From an uncultured Spirochaetales bacterium (GTDB taxonomy: Bacteria; Spirochaetota; Spirochaetia; Treponematales; JBGSOB01), in the NCBI GenBank assembly GCA_964470375.1, contig CAYYCP010000001.1, forward strand, positions 63,686 to 127,685: a stretch of 64,000 nt of DNA, read 5' to 3'. The notes beneath the pieces were generated by a model, which saw only the letters and a program-made list of their open reading frames with translations, made no database searches and was not told the origin of the DNA. Below, piece by piece: positions 46,269 through 56,297 of the stretch. The translations under genes were made by a program, and so were the position numbers. How positions within the stretch are numbered: the first letter of the stretch is position 1; each line of letters begins with the position of its first letter.

Positions 46269-48228
46269 CCGGCGGCCCCCGCCTTACGTCTATGTCTTCC
46301 ACGGCTTCGTAGCGGGTCGATCGAATCAAGCCGTTTTCAAGGTAGAAGGTGATATTCTTCTGCTCGTTCTTGACGTCGTAGGTCTGGTCCCGGATGGTGA
46401 TCTTCACGCCCGGATAGACCTTGCCCGAGGCCGACACCTTGCCCTTCAGCTTGAGGGTGGTCAGGTAGGCTGAGATGGAGTCTATCTCGCGGCTTATTTC
46501 CTCGTGCTCGCGTTGCAGATCCTCGCGGATGCGCTGTTGCTCCTGTAGGTAGGCCTCCTTCTCCTCGGACAAGACCTTCTTCTGGCGCTTCAGGTTCTGC
46601 AGTGTGATCAGGTTCTTGTCGATCTCCTCGATCTGGCGCCGCAAATGCTCCAATTGGGCCTGAAGGGCCTCTTGCTTTTCCTTGCTCTTGGGGTCGAAGC
46701 CCACCTCCAAGATAGTCTCCGTCCCGGATACAGCCGATCCCAGGGCCTTGGCGTTTATCTCCTCGGCCGCCCGGAGGTGGCCGCCTACGATGGACGCGCG
46801 CTTTCCTTGGCATACTATCTTCTTATTTGCGTCGACGCTGGAGTTTATGATGCCGTCGGACACCACCACGAATTCGCCGGCCTCAACCTGGGCGTTTTCT
46901 ATGAAGCGGGCCCAAACCGATTTTCCGGCGCGCACATGCCCGCCCGTCTTGGCGGCGATTCCCTGGTGCACGATCACGTCGCCCTCGGCCTCTATATCCG
47001 ACTTGCCCACGTTGCCGGCGACCTCGATGTTGCCGGAGGCCTTGACCGAGAAACCGTCCTCAACATTGCCCTTGATGAGCACCGTGCCTAGGAAGACGAT
47101 GTTCCCCGTGCGCAAGCACACGTCCCCGGATACGGTATAGACCTCCTCCACGTTGATCTTGCCGTTGGTGATCATCACCTGCCCGTTTATGTCAGATACG
47201 ATAGTCAGTCCGTTCTCATCCATGTGCACATTCTTGCCTAGGGGCACCGGTATGTCGCGTCCGTCCTTGGCCGGCAACATCTTGCCGGTGACCGTTCGCC
47301 CGGTCACCCCGGGCTCGGCCGGTATCTTGCGGCCCAGGGGCTGGTTGGCCACCACGTTCTTGATGAGGTTGAGTTCCTTGAAGTTGACCCGCCCGGTGGC
47401 GCTCTCGCGCAGCCGTATCTTGGACTGATCGGTTTCGAAGAAGAGCTGGACCGTGGCGTCCTTGCCGTTGACCGGACGGTCGCCCTCTGCCACCAACACC
47501 TGCACCTTGTATCGCGGATGATCCACGAAATCATCCACTAGATCTTCGCGCACCCCGTAGACGACCCGGTTCTGCCTGAGGATCTGCAGGATGGACTCGC
47601 GCGAGAGATCGCAGCCGCCCGGTCCCGGCGGCATGACCACCAGCATAGCCTTCATGTCGCCTTCGACGATCTCGCAGGAGGCGATGGCGTCATTGGCCGG
47701 GTTCTGCACGTACTCGCCCACGATCACCCATCGGCCTTCTGCATCCCTGACCGTCCGTGCCACGAGGTCCTGGTCATACTGGCGCACACTCCGGGAATGC
47801 AGTTTATCGAAGGCCTGCTTCTCGGTGGCCCTACGGCCCTTGCCCAAGGGGGGGGTGACCTTGAGCAGGGCCCCCTCGGGCGCCAGCCTCACCAGGGCCT
47901 CGCCGTCGCGATCCTTGATCTCGGGTTCGGCCTCCTGGGCCTCCTCCGCCCCGCCCTCCTCGGCGCCGGCCTTGAGGACCTCCTTGGCGGCAATCTCGGA
48001 AACGCGCACGCGCCAGGGCTTCTTGCCGACCCCGAAAAGGCCCGGGTTGCCCTCCTCCACCACATGGTACTCCAGGCGCTTGAGCGGCACCGACAGCTGG
48101 ATGGCCGCGTCCCGCAGGGCTTCCTCTACGCTGTCGGCCTCCAGCTCCAGGGTCTGCCTCCCCCCGTCCTGCTCCAGGTAGCGCCGCATGAGCTGACGTA
48201 CTTCGTCCAGGCCGATGGCGGCGCGCAC
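46249..48228 (-). CDS. FapA (DUF342) family flagellar-assembly-associated protein
   Basis: 659 aa. A beta-helix-like repeat region (GNIVFLGTVLIKGNVEDGFSVKASGNIEVAGNVGKSDIEAEGDVIVHQG ... VSDGIINSSVDANKKIVC) is followed by a C-terminal coiled coil, as in DUF342. It sits directly downstream of fliA. Confidence 0.75.
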   Translation of the reverse strand: MRAAIGLDEVRQLMRRYLEQDGGRQTLELEADSVEEALRDAAIQLSVPLKRLEYHVVEEGNPGLFGVGKKPWRVRVSEIAAKEVLKAGAEEGGAEEAQEAEPEIKDRDGEALVRLAPEGALLKVTPPLGKGRRATEKQAFDKLHSRSVRQYDQDLVARTVRDAEGRWVIVGEYVQNPANDAIASCEIVEGDMKAMLVVMPPGPGGCDLSRESILQILRQNRVVYGVREDLVDDFVDHPRYKVQVLVAEGDRPVNGKDATVQLFFETDQSKIRLRESATGRVNFKELNLIKNVVANQPLGRKIPAEPGVTGRTVTGKMLPAKDGRDIPVPLGKNVHMDENGLTIVSDINGQVMITNGKINVEEVYTVSGDVCLRTGNIVFLGTVLIKGNVEDGFSVKASGNIEVAGNVGKSDIEAEGDVIVHQGIAAKTGGHVRAGKSVWARFIENAQVEAGEFVVVSDGIINSSVDANKKIVCQGKRASIVGGHLRAAEEINAKALGSAVSGTETILEVGFDPKSKEKQEALQAQLEHLRRQIEEIDKNLITLQNLKRQKKVLSEEKEAYLQEQQRIREDLQREHEEISREIDSISAYLTTLKLKGKVSASGKVYPGVKITIRDQTYDVKNEQKNITFYLENGLIRSTRYEAVEDIDVRRGPPDAYKAD

Positions 48229-48230
48229 GG

Positions 48231-49028
48231 CTAGAAAATCCCCTTCTTGAGCGAGGTGAGCTTGGTGCGCAGGCGTAAGATGGCCTTGGTGTGGAGCTGA
48301 GACACCCGCGATTCGGTAACGTCCAGGACCTGGCCTATCTCCTTGAGGGTCAGGTCCTCGTAGTAATAGAGCACTAGGACCTTCTTCTCCTTGTCCGGCA
48401 GCTCGTTGATCGACTGGATAATGACCCGCTTGATCTCGTCCTTTTCGACGATGTTGTCCGGATTGAGCGAAACCGGCGACTCGATGCTCTCGCCTATGGA
48501 TATCTTGTCGGAGTCATCGCCCAGGTACCAGACGTCGTTCAGGGACAGCACCGAGGTGCCGGATATCTTGAGGAGGATCTGCTGCAGCTCCTCCTCGCTG
48601 ATGCCCAGGGCCGCAGCTATCTCCCCGTCCGTGGCGGTCCTGCCCAGGCGGGCCTCCAAGGTGATGATGGCTTCCTCGATCTCGCGGGTCTTCTGGCGTA
48701 TGGAGCGCGGCACCCAATCTATTGAGCGCAGCTCGTCGAAGATGGCCCCGCGGATTCGGGTCACGGCGTAGGTCTTGAACTTGACGGCCTTGTCAGGATC
48801 GTACTTGTCTATGGCGTCTAAAAGACCGAAAACTCCGAAGCCCACCAGGTCGTCGAACTCCACATTATGCGGCATTCCCTGGGCCACCTTGCCGGCGACG
48901 TACTTCACCAGGGGCGCATACTGGCGGATGAACATGTCGCGGATCTTGGGATCGCGGTCACGCTTGTAAGCCGCCCAAAGCTCGTCTTCCGTCTTCTGGT
49001 CAAGCGGGCTATTCGCCATGGCCTTCAT
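48231..49028 (-). CDS. fliA: flagellar sigma factor sigma-28 (FliA/WhiG family)
   Basis: 265 aa. Region 2 is [15 protein letters not shown] ... [20 protein letters not shown] region 3 is present. The region 4 HTH is [29 protein letters not shown]. Confidence 0.9.
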   Translation of the reverse strand: MKAMANSPLDQKTEDELWAAYKRDRDPKIRDMFIRQYAPLVKYVAGKVAQGMPHNVEFDDLVGFGVFGLLDAIDKYDPDKAVKFKTYAVTRIRGAIFDELRSIDWVPRSIRQKTREIEEAIITLEARLGRTATDGEIAAALGISEEELQQILLKISGTSVLSLNDVWYLGDDSDKISIGESIESPVSLNPDNIVEKDEIKRVIIQSINELPDKEKKVLVLYYYEDLTLKEIGQVLDVTESRVSQLHTKAILRLRTKLTSLKKGIF

Positions 49029-49663
49029 CCTTTCCGCTCCCTCGTCAGCATGGTCCGCACCGCCTTGGCTATCGTGTCAGGATCATCGCCGCCCGCGCCG
49101 CCCCGGGACCTAGCCGTCCGCGAGGTATCTGCACCGACGGGGGGCTCGGCTTGCCCGCCCTCTCCCTCCATGGGCGGCGGAACGAAGGAATCCGAAAAGA
49201 CATCCAGGTCGGGGAGAACGTCCACCTCGCCGATGGTTTCAGGCGGCCTGGCCGGCGCGAGGGCGGCCGGATCCTCAGGTTCCTTGTCCGCCAGTATCGG
49301 CGCAGCCTTGAGTTCCTCGATCTCCTCGGCCAGAACGCCCTCGTCCGCCGTGTCCACGTCCTTCGTTCCCGCCGGGGACGGCTCGGTACCGGCGTCGACG
49401 AATCCATCATCCTCGGCCTGTCCCACCTTGATGTCTACGGCCTTACCCGTCTGGATCTCTGCTTCTCCGCCATCGGTCAGTCCGGGCAGGAATTTCAGGG
49501 CCAGCCAGCGCAGGCCGAAGGCCGCCCCGCCCGCTCCCAGGGCGCTCAGGAGGGACTTCAGGACGACGACCCAGAACTGGTTGCCTACGATGATCCCGGT
49601 GAGCATGGCCAGGACCAGGCAGGCCCCGGCTACGATGGCCGGCATCTTCCAATCCAAGGTCAC
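49025..49663 (-). CDS. hypothetical membrane protein with acidic C-terminal region
   Basis: 212 aa. The GTG start is preceded by GGGGGAGGGGAG 6 nt upstream. Two TM helices are followed by a D/E/P-rich tail. ATGA overlap with the fliA start. Confidence 0.55.
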   Translation of the reverse strand: MTLDWKMPAIVAGACLVLAMLTGIIVGNQFWVVVLKSLLSALGAGGAAFGLRWLALKFLPGLTDGGEAEIQTGKAVDIKVGQAEDDGFVDAGTEPSPAGTKDVDTADEGVLAEEIEELKAAPILADKEPEDPAALAPARPPETIGEVDVLPDLDVFSDSFVPPPMEGEGGQAEPPVGADTSRTARSRGGAGGDDPDTIAKAVRTMLTRERKG

Positions 49664-49689
49664 GTCGGACTCCCCTCCCCCTATCGTAC

Positions 49690-49716
49690 ATTATGTCATT
49701 AGCGGGCCCGCGTCAA
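49690..49716 (-). promoter_or_regulatory. weak candidate internal promoter upstream of the fliA sub-operon
   Basis: On the minus strand: TTGACG-N15-CATAAT in the 67-nt gap after flhG. The spacer is short, so support is low. Confidence 0.2.
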
Positions 49717-49730
49717 GTTAAGCCTTCTCC

Positions 49731-50594
49731 TCACTCCTTGCCGAATAGCTTGTTTATGAAGCGCTGCAGCCCCGGCTCGTCTCTGAAATCCGTCTTCTCT
49801 ATGCGTCCCATCAGGTGCTGGATGGAAATGCTAGCCTTGCACTTGGGATCCAGGGCCATGAAGGGCTTCTGCCTCAGCACAGCCTGGCTTACCTGCGGGT
49901 CGTCGTAAATGCATCCCAGGTATTCCACCTTCAGGTTCAGGAACTGGCCGGAAATGTTGATGATGCGCTCGGCCACCCGCTTGCCCTCGGCCACTGTCTT
50001 GACCCGGTTGACCACCAGCTTCAGGCCGATATTGAGGTTCTCTATCTCGGTGGCGATGATCTTGATGATGCCGTACGCGTCGGTGATGGCGGTGGGCTCC
50101 GGGGTGGTGACGATGATGGCGTCGTCCGCGGCGGCGACGAAGTCGAGCACATTGCTGGACACCCCGGCAGCCGTGTCTATGATGACGATGTCGGCCGATG
50201 ACAGGGTGTACAGCTCGGAGATAAAATTCTGCCTCTCCTCGTCGTTGAGATTGGCGATCTTGGAGAAGCCCGAAGCCCCGGCCACGATGCGGATGCCGTA
50301 GGCGGTATCCAGGATGATGTCCCGCATGGCCTTCTGCTTGCGGATCACATGGTATAGGTTGAACTTGGGAATCATGTTGAGCATGACGTTCACATTGGCC
50401 AGGCCCAGGTCGGCGTCCATGACTATGACGCTCTTGCCCATGCGGGCGTAGGCTATGGCCAGGTTGACGGACACGTTGGTTTTTCCCACCCCGCCCTTGC
50501 CTGAGGCGATGGCGATTATGCGCGTGCGCTTCTGCGCCTGGGGCGCGGATGTCTGCTGCATCAGCTCGCGAAGCTTTTCGGCTTGGTCTTCCAT
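49731..50594 (-). CDS. flhG: flagellar number regulator FlhG (MinD/ParA-type ATPase, YlxH)
   Basis: 287 aa. Deviant Walker A IAIASGKGGVGKTN, plus VMDADLGLANV. Confidence 0.88.
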   Translation of the reverse strand: MEDQAEKLRELMQQTSAPQAQKRTRIIAIASGKGGVGKTNVSVNLAIAYARMGKSVIVMDADLGLANVNVMLNMIPKFNLYHVIRKQKAMRDIILDTAYGIRIVAGASGFSKIANLNDEERQNFISELYTLSSADIVIIDTAAGVSSNVLDFVAAADDAIIVTTPEPTAITDAYGIIKIIATEIENLNIGLKLVVNRVKTVAEGKRVAERIINISGQFLNLKVEYLGCIYDDPQVSQAVLRQKPFMALDPKCKASISIQHLMGRIEKTDFRDEPGLQRFINKLFGKE

Positions 50595-50601
50595 GCTGGC
50601 C

Positions 50602-51807
50602 CTAGTCCCTTTCCTTCCACATCCCGTCTTCGCGCGGGAAGCGCTTATCGAATTCCACCCGATTCACCCGGAAACCCTCCAGCGATAGGAGGAAGCGCAT
50701 GGCGCTGGCCCTCTCGATATCCACCGGTACGCGCTGTCCGGTGGTCAGGAAGGATACCGGGCAGCGCCGCTCCCCCAACGCCGAGAGGATGTTGCCCACG
50801 TGCAGGGTCTCGTCCAGCTTGGTGATGATGACCGACTTGTAGCCGAAGGGCTCGAACTGGCGCATGATCTCAAGCATATCGCGCGCTTTGGTACCGGCGG
50901 ACATGGCCAGGTGCGGCTCGGCTCCGGGCCCGCAGGCTTCCAGGATCTCCTTCATCTCGGCCAGCTTCACCGCGTCGCGCGGGCTCTTGCCGATGGTGTC
51001 CACCAGCAGCATGTCTGCGTCCTCGCGGTGCATGTCGACGGTCTTCTTGAGGTCCTGGTAAGTCTCCACCGATGAAAATGGTATGCGCATTATCTCGGCG
51101 TAGGTCTCCATCTGCTGGCGCGCGCCGATGCGGTAATTGTCGATGCTGACGATGCGCAGGCGGGCCTGCCGCGCTCCCCGCCGGGGCATGGCGTAGGTGG
51201 CCGCCAGCTTGGCTATGGTGGTGGTCTTGCCCACCCCGGTCGGGCCCACAAGGGCCACCACGCGGGCGCGGGTCGAATCGGGCTCGGGCTCCCGGAAGAT
51301 TTCCACCATCTCGCCGATCCAGCCCAGCAGGGCGTCCTGGGCGGCGAAGTAGTCGTCCAATCCGGCCAGGGGGAATTCGCGCTTGAGCCGCTCGATGAAA
51401 CGCTGTTCCGCCTCGGGGGTGAAGTCATTCAAGCGCAGCAAGCCAGAGAGCTTGGCCAGGGTCGGATGCTCGGCGGCCTGTGCCTGCTCGCGCAGCCCCC
51501 CCGACTCCACGCGCTCCTTGATCTCCTGGATATCCTTGGCCATCTGCAGGATCTGCTGGGCGGCCTGGTCCGTGCGGGCCTGGGCGATGATCTTGCGCTT
51601 CTCCTCCTCCAGGTCCACTGCTATCGGGCGCGGGCGCTCGGCGGGAATGTAGCCTTGCACCTCCACCCCGTCGCGCCTCAAGATGCCGAACAGCCCCGGC
51701 AAGCGCACTGTCTTGTGCATCAGTATGCGCGCGGAATCGCCGTACTTCTCGCGCACTTTTTCGATGGCCTTCGAATGCGTTTCGGCCGTCTCAGTGAAAT
51801 ACCGCAT
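50602..51807 (-). CDS. flhF: flagellar biosynthesis GTPase FlhF (SRP-type)
   Basis: 401 aa. G1 VALVGPTGVGKTTTIAKLA, LLVDTIGKSPRD and ITKLDET. Confidence 0.88.
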   Translation of the reverse strand: MRYFTETAETHSKAIEKVREKYGDSARILMHKTVRLPGLFGILRRDGVEVQGYIPAERPRPIAVDLEEEKRKIIAQARTDQAAQQILQMAKDIQEIKERVESGGLREQAQAAEHPTLAKLSGLLRLNDFTPEAEQRFIERLKREFPLAGLDDYFAAQDALLGWIGEMVEIFREPEPDSTRARVVALVGPTGVGKTTTIAKLAATYAMPRRGARQARLRIVSIDNYRIGARQQMETYAEIMRIPFSSVETYQDLKKTVDMHREDADMLLVDTIGKSPRDAVKLAEMKEILEACGPGAEPHLAMSAGTKARDMLEIMRQFEPFGYKSVIITKLDETLHVGNILSALGERRCPVSFLTTGQRVPVDIERASAMRFLLSLEGFRVNRVEFDKRFPREDGMWKERD

Positions 51808-51844
51808 TTCCCCCCCCAGCTCCGCGGGCCTCTCTGGCTACGGG

Positions 51845-53932
51845 CTATTCCAGCCGGATTTCCCCGGCTACCTCTACCTTCATGTCGCTGACCACTTCCA
51901 GGACCGAGAGCACCGTCAAGTCCGGTATCTCGCGCTCTGAGGAAGACTTCACCAGGGCGCGGGCGGCTTCCGACGCCAGGATGATCGGATAGAGGCCCTT
52001 CTCCTGCATGCCGCGCACGGCCTGCGTCAGGGCCTTTATCCATTGCCGCTGCATAGCGGGCTCCAGGGCCGACACGGCACCCTGGGTCGAGTCCACGCGC
52101 GATTCGATGATCTTCTGTTCCAGCTGCGGATCCAGGGTGAGCACCTTGAGGACCTTGTCCTGGTCCGCGTACTGGAGGCTGATCTGGCGCCCCAGGGCCT
52201 GACGGGCCTTCTCCACCAGGAAGCCCGGGTCGCGGGTGACTCCCGAGTAGTCCGCCAGGGTCTCCAGGATGGCGACCATGTTCCGAATGGACACCTGTTC
52301 GCGAAGGAGGCCCTGCAGGACCTTCTGCACTTCGCCCACGCCAAGGCCCTTCATGGCCTCCTCCACCACCGCGGGGTAGTCTTTCTTGAGCGCGTCCAGG
52401 ATGGACTGGACCTCCTGGCGCCCCAGGATTTCTGAGGCATGGCGCTTGATGATCTCCGTCAGATGTGTGGCGATGATCGAGGGCGGATCCACTACGGTGT
52501 AGCCTGCCCGCTCGGCGCGCTCGCGGTTTTCCTCGGTTATCCATAGGGCCGGCAGGCCGAAGGCGGGGTCGCGGGTGCGCTCGCCCTCGATCTCCTCGGT
52601 GACGCCGCCCGGGTTGATGGATAGATATGAGCCCATGCGGATCACCCCGCGGCCCACCTCCACGCCCTTGATCTTGAAGCAGTACTCGCTGGGCTCCAAA
52701 CGCATATTGTCGATGATGCGGATGTGCGGCACCACCAGGCCCATGTCCAGGGCTGATTCGCGGCGTATGCGGGTGACCCGCTCCAGGAGCTCGGCCCCTT
52801 TGTCTTTGTCCACCAGCGGTATCAGGCCGTAGCCCAGCTCAAGGGAAATGGGGTCGAGCGGCACCACCGGCGAGAGCTCGGCCGGGGCCTTAGCCCGCCG
52901 GTCGCCCTCCTGGGCCTTTGAGGCCTCGGCCTTGGCCTTGGCCTTCTCCTTCCTGCCCAGGCGGAAGGCCAGGTAGCCCAGGCCGGCGGACATGGGGATG
53001 AGGAGGTACCAGGGGAAGCCGCGCAGGAAGGACAGGATGAACAGCACCGCCGCGGCCACCCAGTACATGCGCGAGTTGCGCGAGAATTGGTCGCCTACCT
53101 CGTCACCGAAGCTGCCATCCGAGTTGGCCCGGGTGACGATCACGCCGGTGGCCGTGGACACCAGGAAGGCCGGCAGCTGCGAGAGCAGGCCGTCGCCGAT
53201 GGTCAGAACGGTGTAGGTGGATGCGGCGCCGGCGAAGTCCTCGCCCCTGAAGACCATGCCCACGATAAAGCCAGCCAGCATGTTCACCAGGGAGATGAAG
53301 ATGCCCAGCTTGACGTTGCCCGACACGAATTTGGAGGCTCCGTCCATCTGCCCGTAGAAGTTGATCTCCTTCTGCAAGTCCTCCTTGCGCTTGCGGGCCT
53401 CCTCCTCGCTGATGGCCCCCGAATTGTACTCGGCCTCTATGGCCATCTGCTTGGCCGGGTAGCCGTCCAGGGTGAAGCGCGCGGCCACCTCGGCTATGCG
53501 GGTGGAGCCCTTGGTGATGACGATGGCCTGCATGGCGATGATGATGACGAAGATGACGAAGCCCACCACTATGCCCTGCGAGCCGGAAGCCCCGACTACG
53601 AAGCTGGAGAAGGCCTTGATCATGCGTCCGTCGAAGCGCTCACCCTGGCTGATGATCAGGCGCGTGGAGGAGATGTTGAGGGCCAGTCCGAAGACCGTGG
53701 TCACCAGGATCATGGTGGGGAAAATGCTGAATTCAATGGCCTTGCGGGTGTTGAGCACTATCAGCAGGATCAGCACCGCCACCACCAGGTTGACGGCCAT
53801 CAGCAGGTCCAGCAGCACCGTGGGCAGGGGGATGACGATCATCATGACCGCCGCCACCACGGCGGCCATCACGGCCGTATCGCGCTGGTTGGCGCCCAGG
53901 GCTCCCTTTATGATCCTTTGCACGTCAGCCAT
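51845..53932 (-). CDS. flhA: flagellar type III export gate protein FlhA
   Basis: 695 aa. The N-terminal TM region includes IGDGLLSQLPAFLVSTATGVIVTR, and a C-terminal cytoplasmic ring domain follows. Confidence 0.95.
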   Translation of the reverse strand: MADVQRIIKGALGANQRDTAVMAAVVAAVMMIVIPLPTVLLDLLMAVNLVVAVLILLIVLNTRKAIEFSIFPTMILVTTVFGLALNISSTRLIISQGERFDGRMIKAFSSFVVGASGSQGIVVGFVIFVIIIAMQAIVITKGSTRIAEVAARFTLDGYPAKQMAIEAEYNSGAISEEEARKRKEDLQKEINFYGQMDGASKFVSGNVKLGIFISLVNMLAGFIVGMVFRGEDFAGAASTYTVLTIGDGLLSQLPAFLVSTATGVIVTRANSDGSFGDEVGDQFSRNSRMYWVAAAVLFILSFLRGFPWYLLIPMSAGLGYLAFRLGRKEKAKAKAEASKAQEGDRRAKAPAELSPVVPLDPISLELGYGLIPLVDKDKGAELLERVTRIRRESALDMGLVVPHIRIIDNMRLEPSEYCFKIKGVEVGRGVIRMGSYLSINPGGVTEEIEGERTRDPAFGLPALWITEENRERAERAGYTVVDPPSIIATHLTEIIKRHASEILGRQEVQSILDALKKDYPAVVEEAMKGLGVGEVQKVLQGLLREQVSIRNMVAILETLADYSGVTRDPGFLVEKARQALGRQISLQYADQDKVLKVLTLDPQLEQKIIESRVDSTQGAVSALEPAMQRQWIKALTQAVRGMQEKGLYPIILASEAARALVKSSSEREIPDLTVLSVLEVVSDMKVEVAGEIRLE

Positions 53933-53971
53933 GGCATCCTCCCATCAAGCCGCCCGAGCCGCCCGTCCAGC

Positions 53972-55234
53972 TCATACCGCCTGCCCCGCGGCGCTCCGCT
54001 CGACTTCCGCCCGCGATTTCTCGTCGGCCATGTAGATATGGGCCAGGATGCCGGCGATCGCCTCGTAGTACTTCTCCGGGATGAGGTCGCCCACCTCGGC
54101 CTCGGCGTACAGGGCCCGCGCCAGGGGCTTGTTCTCCACCACCGGGACGCCGCTCTCCCGGGCGATGGCGCGTATCCGCAAGGCTACCTCGTCGGCCCCC
54201 TTGGCGGTCACCTCGGGGGCGTTCATGGACTCGCGCTCCCAGCGCAGGGCTACGGCATAATGGGTCGGGTTGGTCAGGACCACGGTGGACTCCGGCACGA
54301 CCTTGGCGATGTTGCGCGTGAGGAGCTCGCGCATGCGCTCGCGCAGGCGGCTCTTGATGAGGGGATCACCCTCATACATCTTGCGCTCCTCCTTGACCTC
54401 CTCCTTGGTCATGCGCAGCGACTCGCGGTACTGCCAACGCTGGAAGAGAAGATCCGGTACAGAGAAGGCCAGCATGATGAGGGCCGCCTCCAGGAGCACC
54501 CGAACGCCTATCCCGGACACGTAGGCCAGAGAGTCGAGCAGGGTCAAGCCGAACAGGGAGGCCAGCTTGGGGAATTCCGAGCTCAGGTTCATCCATGCCA
54601 CCAGGGCGATGGCGGCCACCTTGACTATGGACTTGGCCAGATTGTAGGCCCCCTCGATGGAGAAGAGGCTGCGCTTGAAGTACTGCCCGAAGCGCGGCAC
54701 GATCCGGCTCAGATCCGGAGTGATGGGCTTCAGGGTGAAATTGAAGCCCACCTGGAGGAGGTTGGAGAAGACGGCGCTGACCAGGGCCACCGCGGCTATG
54801 GGCGTGGCCAGACGCAGGAAGAAGCCCAGGGCCGCCTTGGCTAAAAGCCCGCCCTGCCCCACCGGGTCGGCCTCAGATATAAGGGAGAAATAGTAGTGGA
54901 CCATGTCGGCCAGGGCATCCAGCATGGAAGGCGCGGCTATCACCAGGGTCAGGGCCGGGAGGAGGAGGCCCAGGGAGCCCACTAGCTCCTGGCTCTTGGC
55001 TACCCGGCCCTCCTCCCGAGCCTTTTTGATGCGGTACTCGGTGGGCTCCTCGGTGCGGCCCTCTTCCTCAGCGGCGAACCACTGAAGGTGGATCAAGCGG
55101 GGATCCTGGACGGCCGGCTCCAGGAAGCGGCCGATTTCCGTCTGGCCGTCAGCGGCTGGACTCTCCGCGCCGGCAGGCGTCAACCCGATGTCGCCGGGTG
55201 CCGGAAGCTCGGCGGACGCGTATGCGGTTCTCAC
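53972..55234 (-). CDS. flhB: flagellar export switch protein FlhB
   Basis: EGRTEEPTEYRIKKAREEGRVAKSQEL, four TM helices and the NPTH autocleavage site in VVLTNPTHYAVAL. ATG 55234 overlaps the fliR stop (ATGA), which supports the long N-terminus. Confidence 0.92.
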   Translation of the reverse strand: MRTAYASAELPAPGDIGLTPAGAESPAADGQTEIGRFLEPAVQDPRLIHLQWFAAEEEGRTEEPTEYRIKKAREEGRVAKSQELVGSLGLLLPALTLVIAAPSMLDALADMVHYYFSLISEADPVGQGGLLAKAALGFFLRLATPIAAVALVSAVFSNLLQVGFNFTLKPITPDLSRIVPRFGQYFKRSLFSIEGAYNLAKSIVKVAAIALVAWMNLSSEFPKLASLFGLTLLDSLAYVSGIGVRVLLEAALIMLAFSVPDLLFQRWQYRESLRMTKEEVKEERKMYEGDPLIKSRLRERMRELLTRNIAKVVPESTVVLTNPTHYAVALRWERESMNAPEVTAKGADEVALRIRAIARESGVPVVENKPLARALYAEAEVGDLIPEKYYEAIAGILAHIYMADEKSRAEVERSAAGQAV

Positions 55235-56013
55235 GGCGCTACCCCCGCCACCAGCCGTCCTATGCCGTCGAAGCCGGCCGAGATCATCCGCGAGAAGGCC
55301 TCCATCATGGCCGGGAGGCAGGCCACCAGGAGGAGGAAGGCCACCGATATGGAGAGAGGGAAGCCCTCGGTGAGGAGGTTCATCTGGGGGGCGGCCTTGG
55401 AGAGGAGGCCGGTGGTCAGGGAGACGATGAAGAGGGTCCCCAGGATGGGCATGGCCAGGGTCAGCGAATTCAAGAAGAGGCCCGAGCCGGCCGACAGGAG
55501 GTGCTCGAAGAGGTTCTGGCGCATGCCCACCAGGTCCACCGCCCGCAGGGCCTTGAAGGAACCCAGAATTCCCGTCACGAAGTACATCCTGAAGCCCTGG
55601 GTGGAGAGGAGGACCAGCATGGCCACCAGGTTGAGGAACTGGCCTATCAGGGGAATCTCCTCCTGGGCCAGGGGGTCAAAGACCTCCGAGGCGCTGAAGC
55701 CCATCTGCAGGGAAAAGAGCTGTCCGGCCATGGTGAAGGCCGCGTAGCACAGGGTCAGGAAGAAACCGATGATGAGGCCGATGGCGGCCTCGCCGACCAC
55801 AAGGAGGGCGTACTGCAGGCCCTGGTCCGGGACGGGGTAGCCCATCTCCCTGACCCAGGGGTAAACGGCGAAGGCGGCGAAGCCGGCCAAGGCCACCTTG
55901 GCCGGCTGGGGCACGGAATCCGACGAGAGCAGGGGGGCGGTCTCCACCATGGCCAAGGTGCGCGCGGCGATGAGGAAGAAGATCTGCGCGTGGGCCACCA
56001 GGTCGGCGAACAT
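55231..56013 (-). CDS. fliR: flagellar export apparatus protein FliR
   Basis: 260 aa polytopic membrane protein in the canonical fliPQR-flhB position. Confidence 0.88.
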   Translation of the reverse strand: MFADLVAHAQIFFLIAARTLAMVETAPLLSSDSVPQPAKVALAGFAAFAVYPWVREMGYPVPDQGLQYALLVVGEAAIGLIIGFFLTLCYAAFTMAGQLFSLQMGFSASEVFDPLAQEEIPLIGQFLNLVAMLVLLSTQGFRMYFVTGILGSFKALRAVDLVGMRQNLFEHLLSAGSGLFLNSLTLAMPILGTLFIVSLTTGLLSKAAPQMNLLTEGFPLSISVAFLLLVACLPAMMEAFSRMISAGFDGIGRLVAGVAP

Positions 56014-56020
56014 GAGCGGC

Positions 56021-56293
56021 CTACCTCAGCTCCGATATGGTCGAAAACAGGTTCACGGCATACTCCCTGAGACTGCCGATCATCCAGCCGCCCAGGAGAA
56101 ATAGGACGAGTAGGATGGCCGCTATCTTGGGCACGAAGGTCAGGGTCTGCTCTTGGATTGAGGTGGTGGCCTGGAATATCGACACCACCAGGCCCACCGC
56201 CATGGCCACCAGGAGTACCGGGGCCGCCAGGAGAACCACTTGCATGATGCCGCCCCTCAGGACGGCCACCGCCTCGCCGATATCCATCGCCAT
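56021..56293 (-). CDS. fliQ: flagellar export apparatus protein FliQ
   Basis: 90 aa with two TM helices. VLLVAMAVGLVVSIFQATTSIQEQTLTFVPK is the FliQ signature. Confidence 0.9.
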   Translation of the reverse strand: MAMDIGEAVAVLRGGIMQVVLLAAPVLLVAMAVGLVVSIFQATTSIQEQTLTFVPKIAAILLVLFLLGGWMIGSLREYAVNLFSTISELR

Positions 56294-56297
56294 CCCC

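Noticed and set aside
53087-54844. 585-aa ORF on the plus strand spanning the flhA/flhB junction
   Set aside because: It is antisense to two unmistakable flagellar export genes. It is a G/H/D/Q/R-rich low-complexity translation typical of high-GC shadow ORFs.
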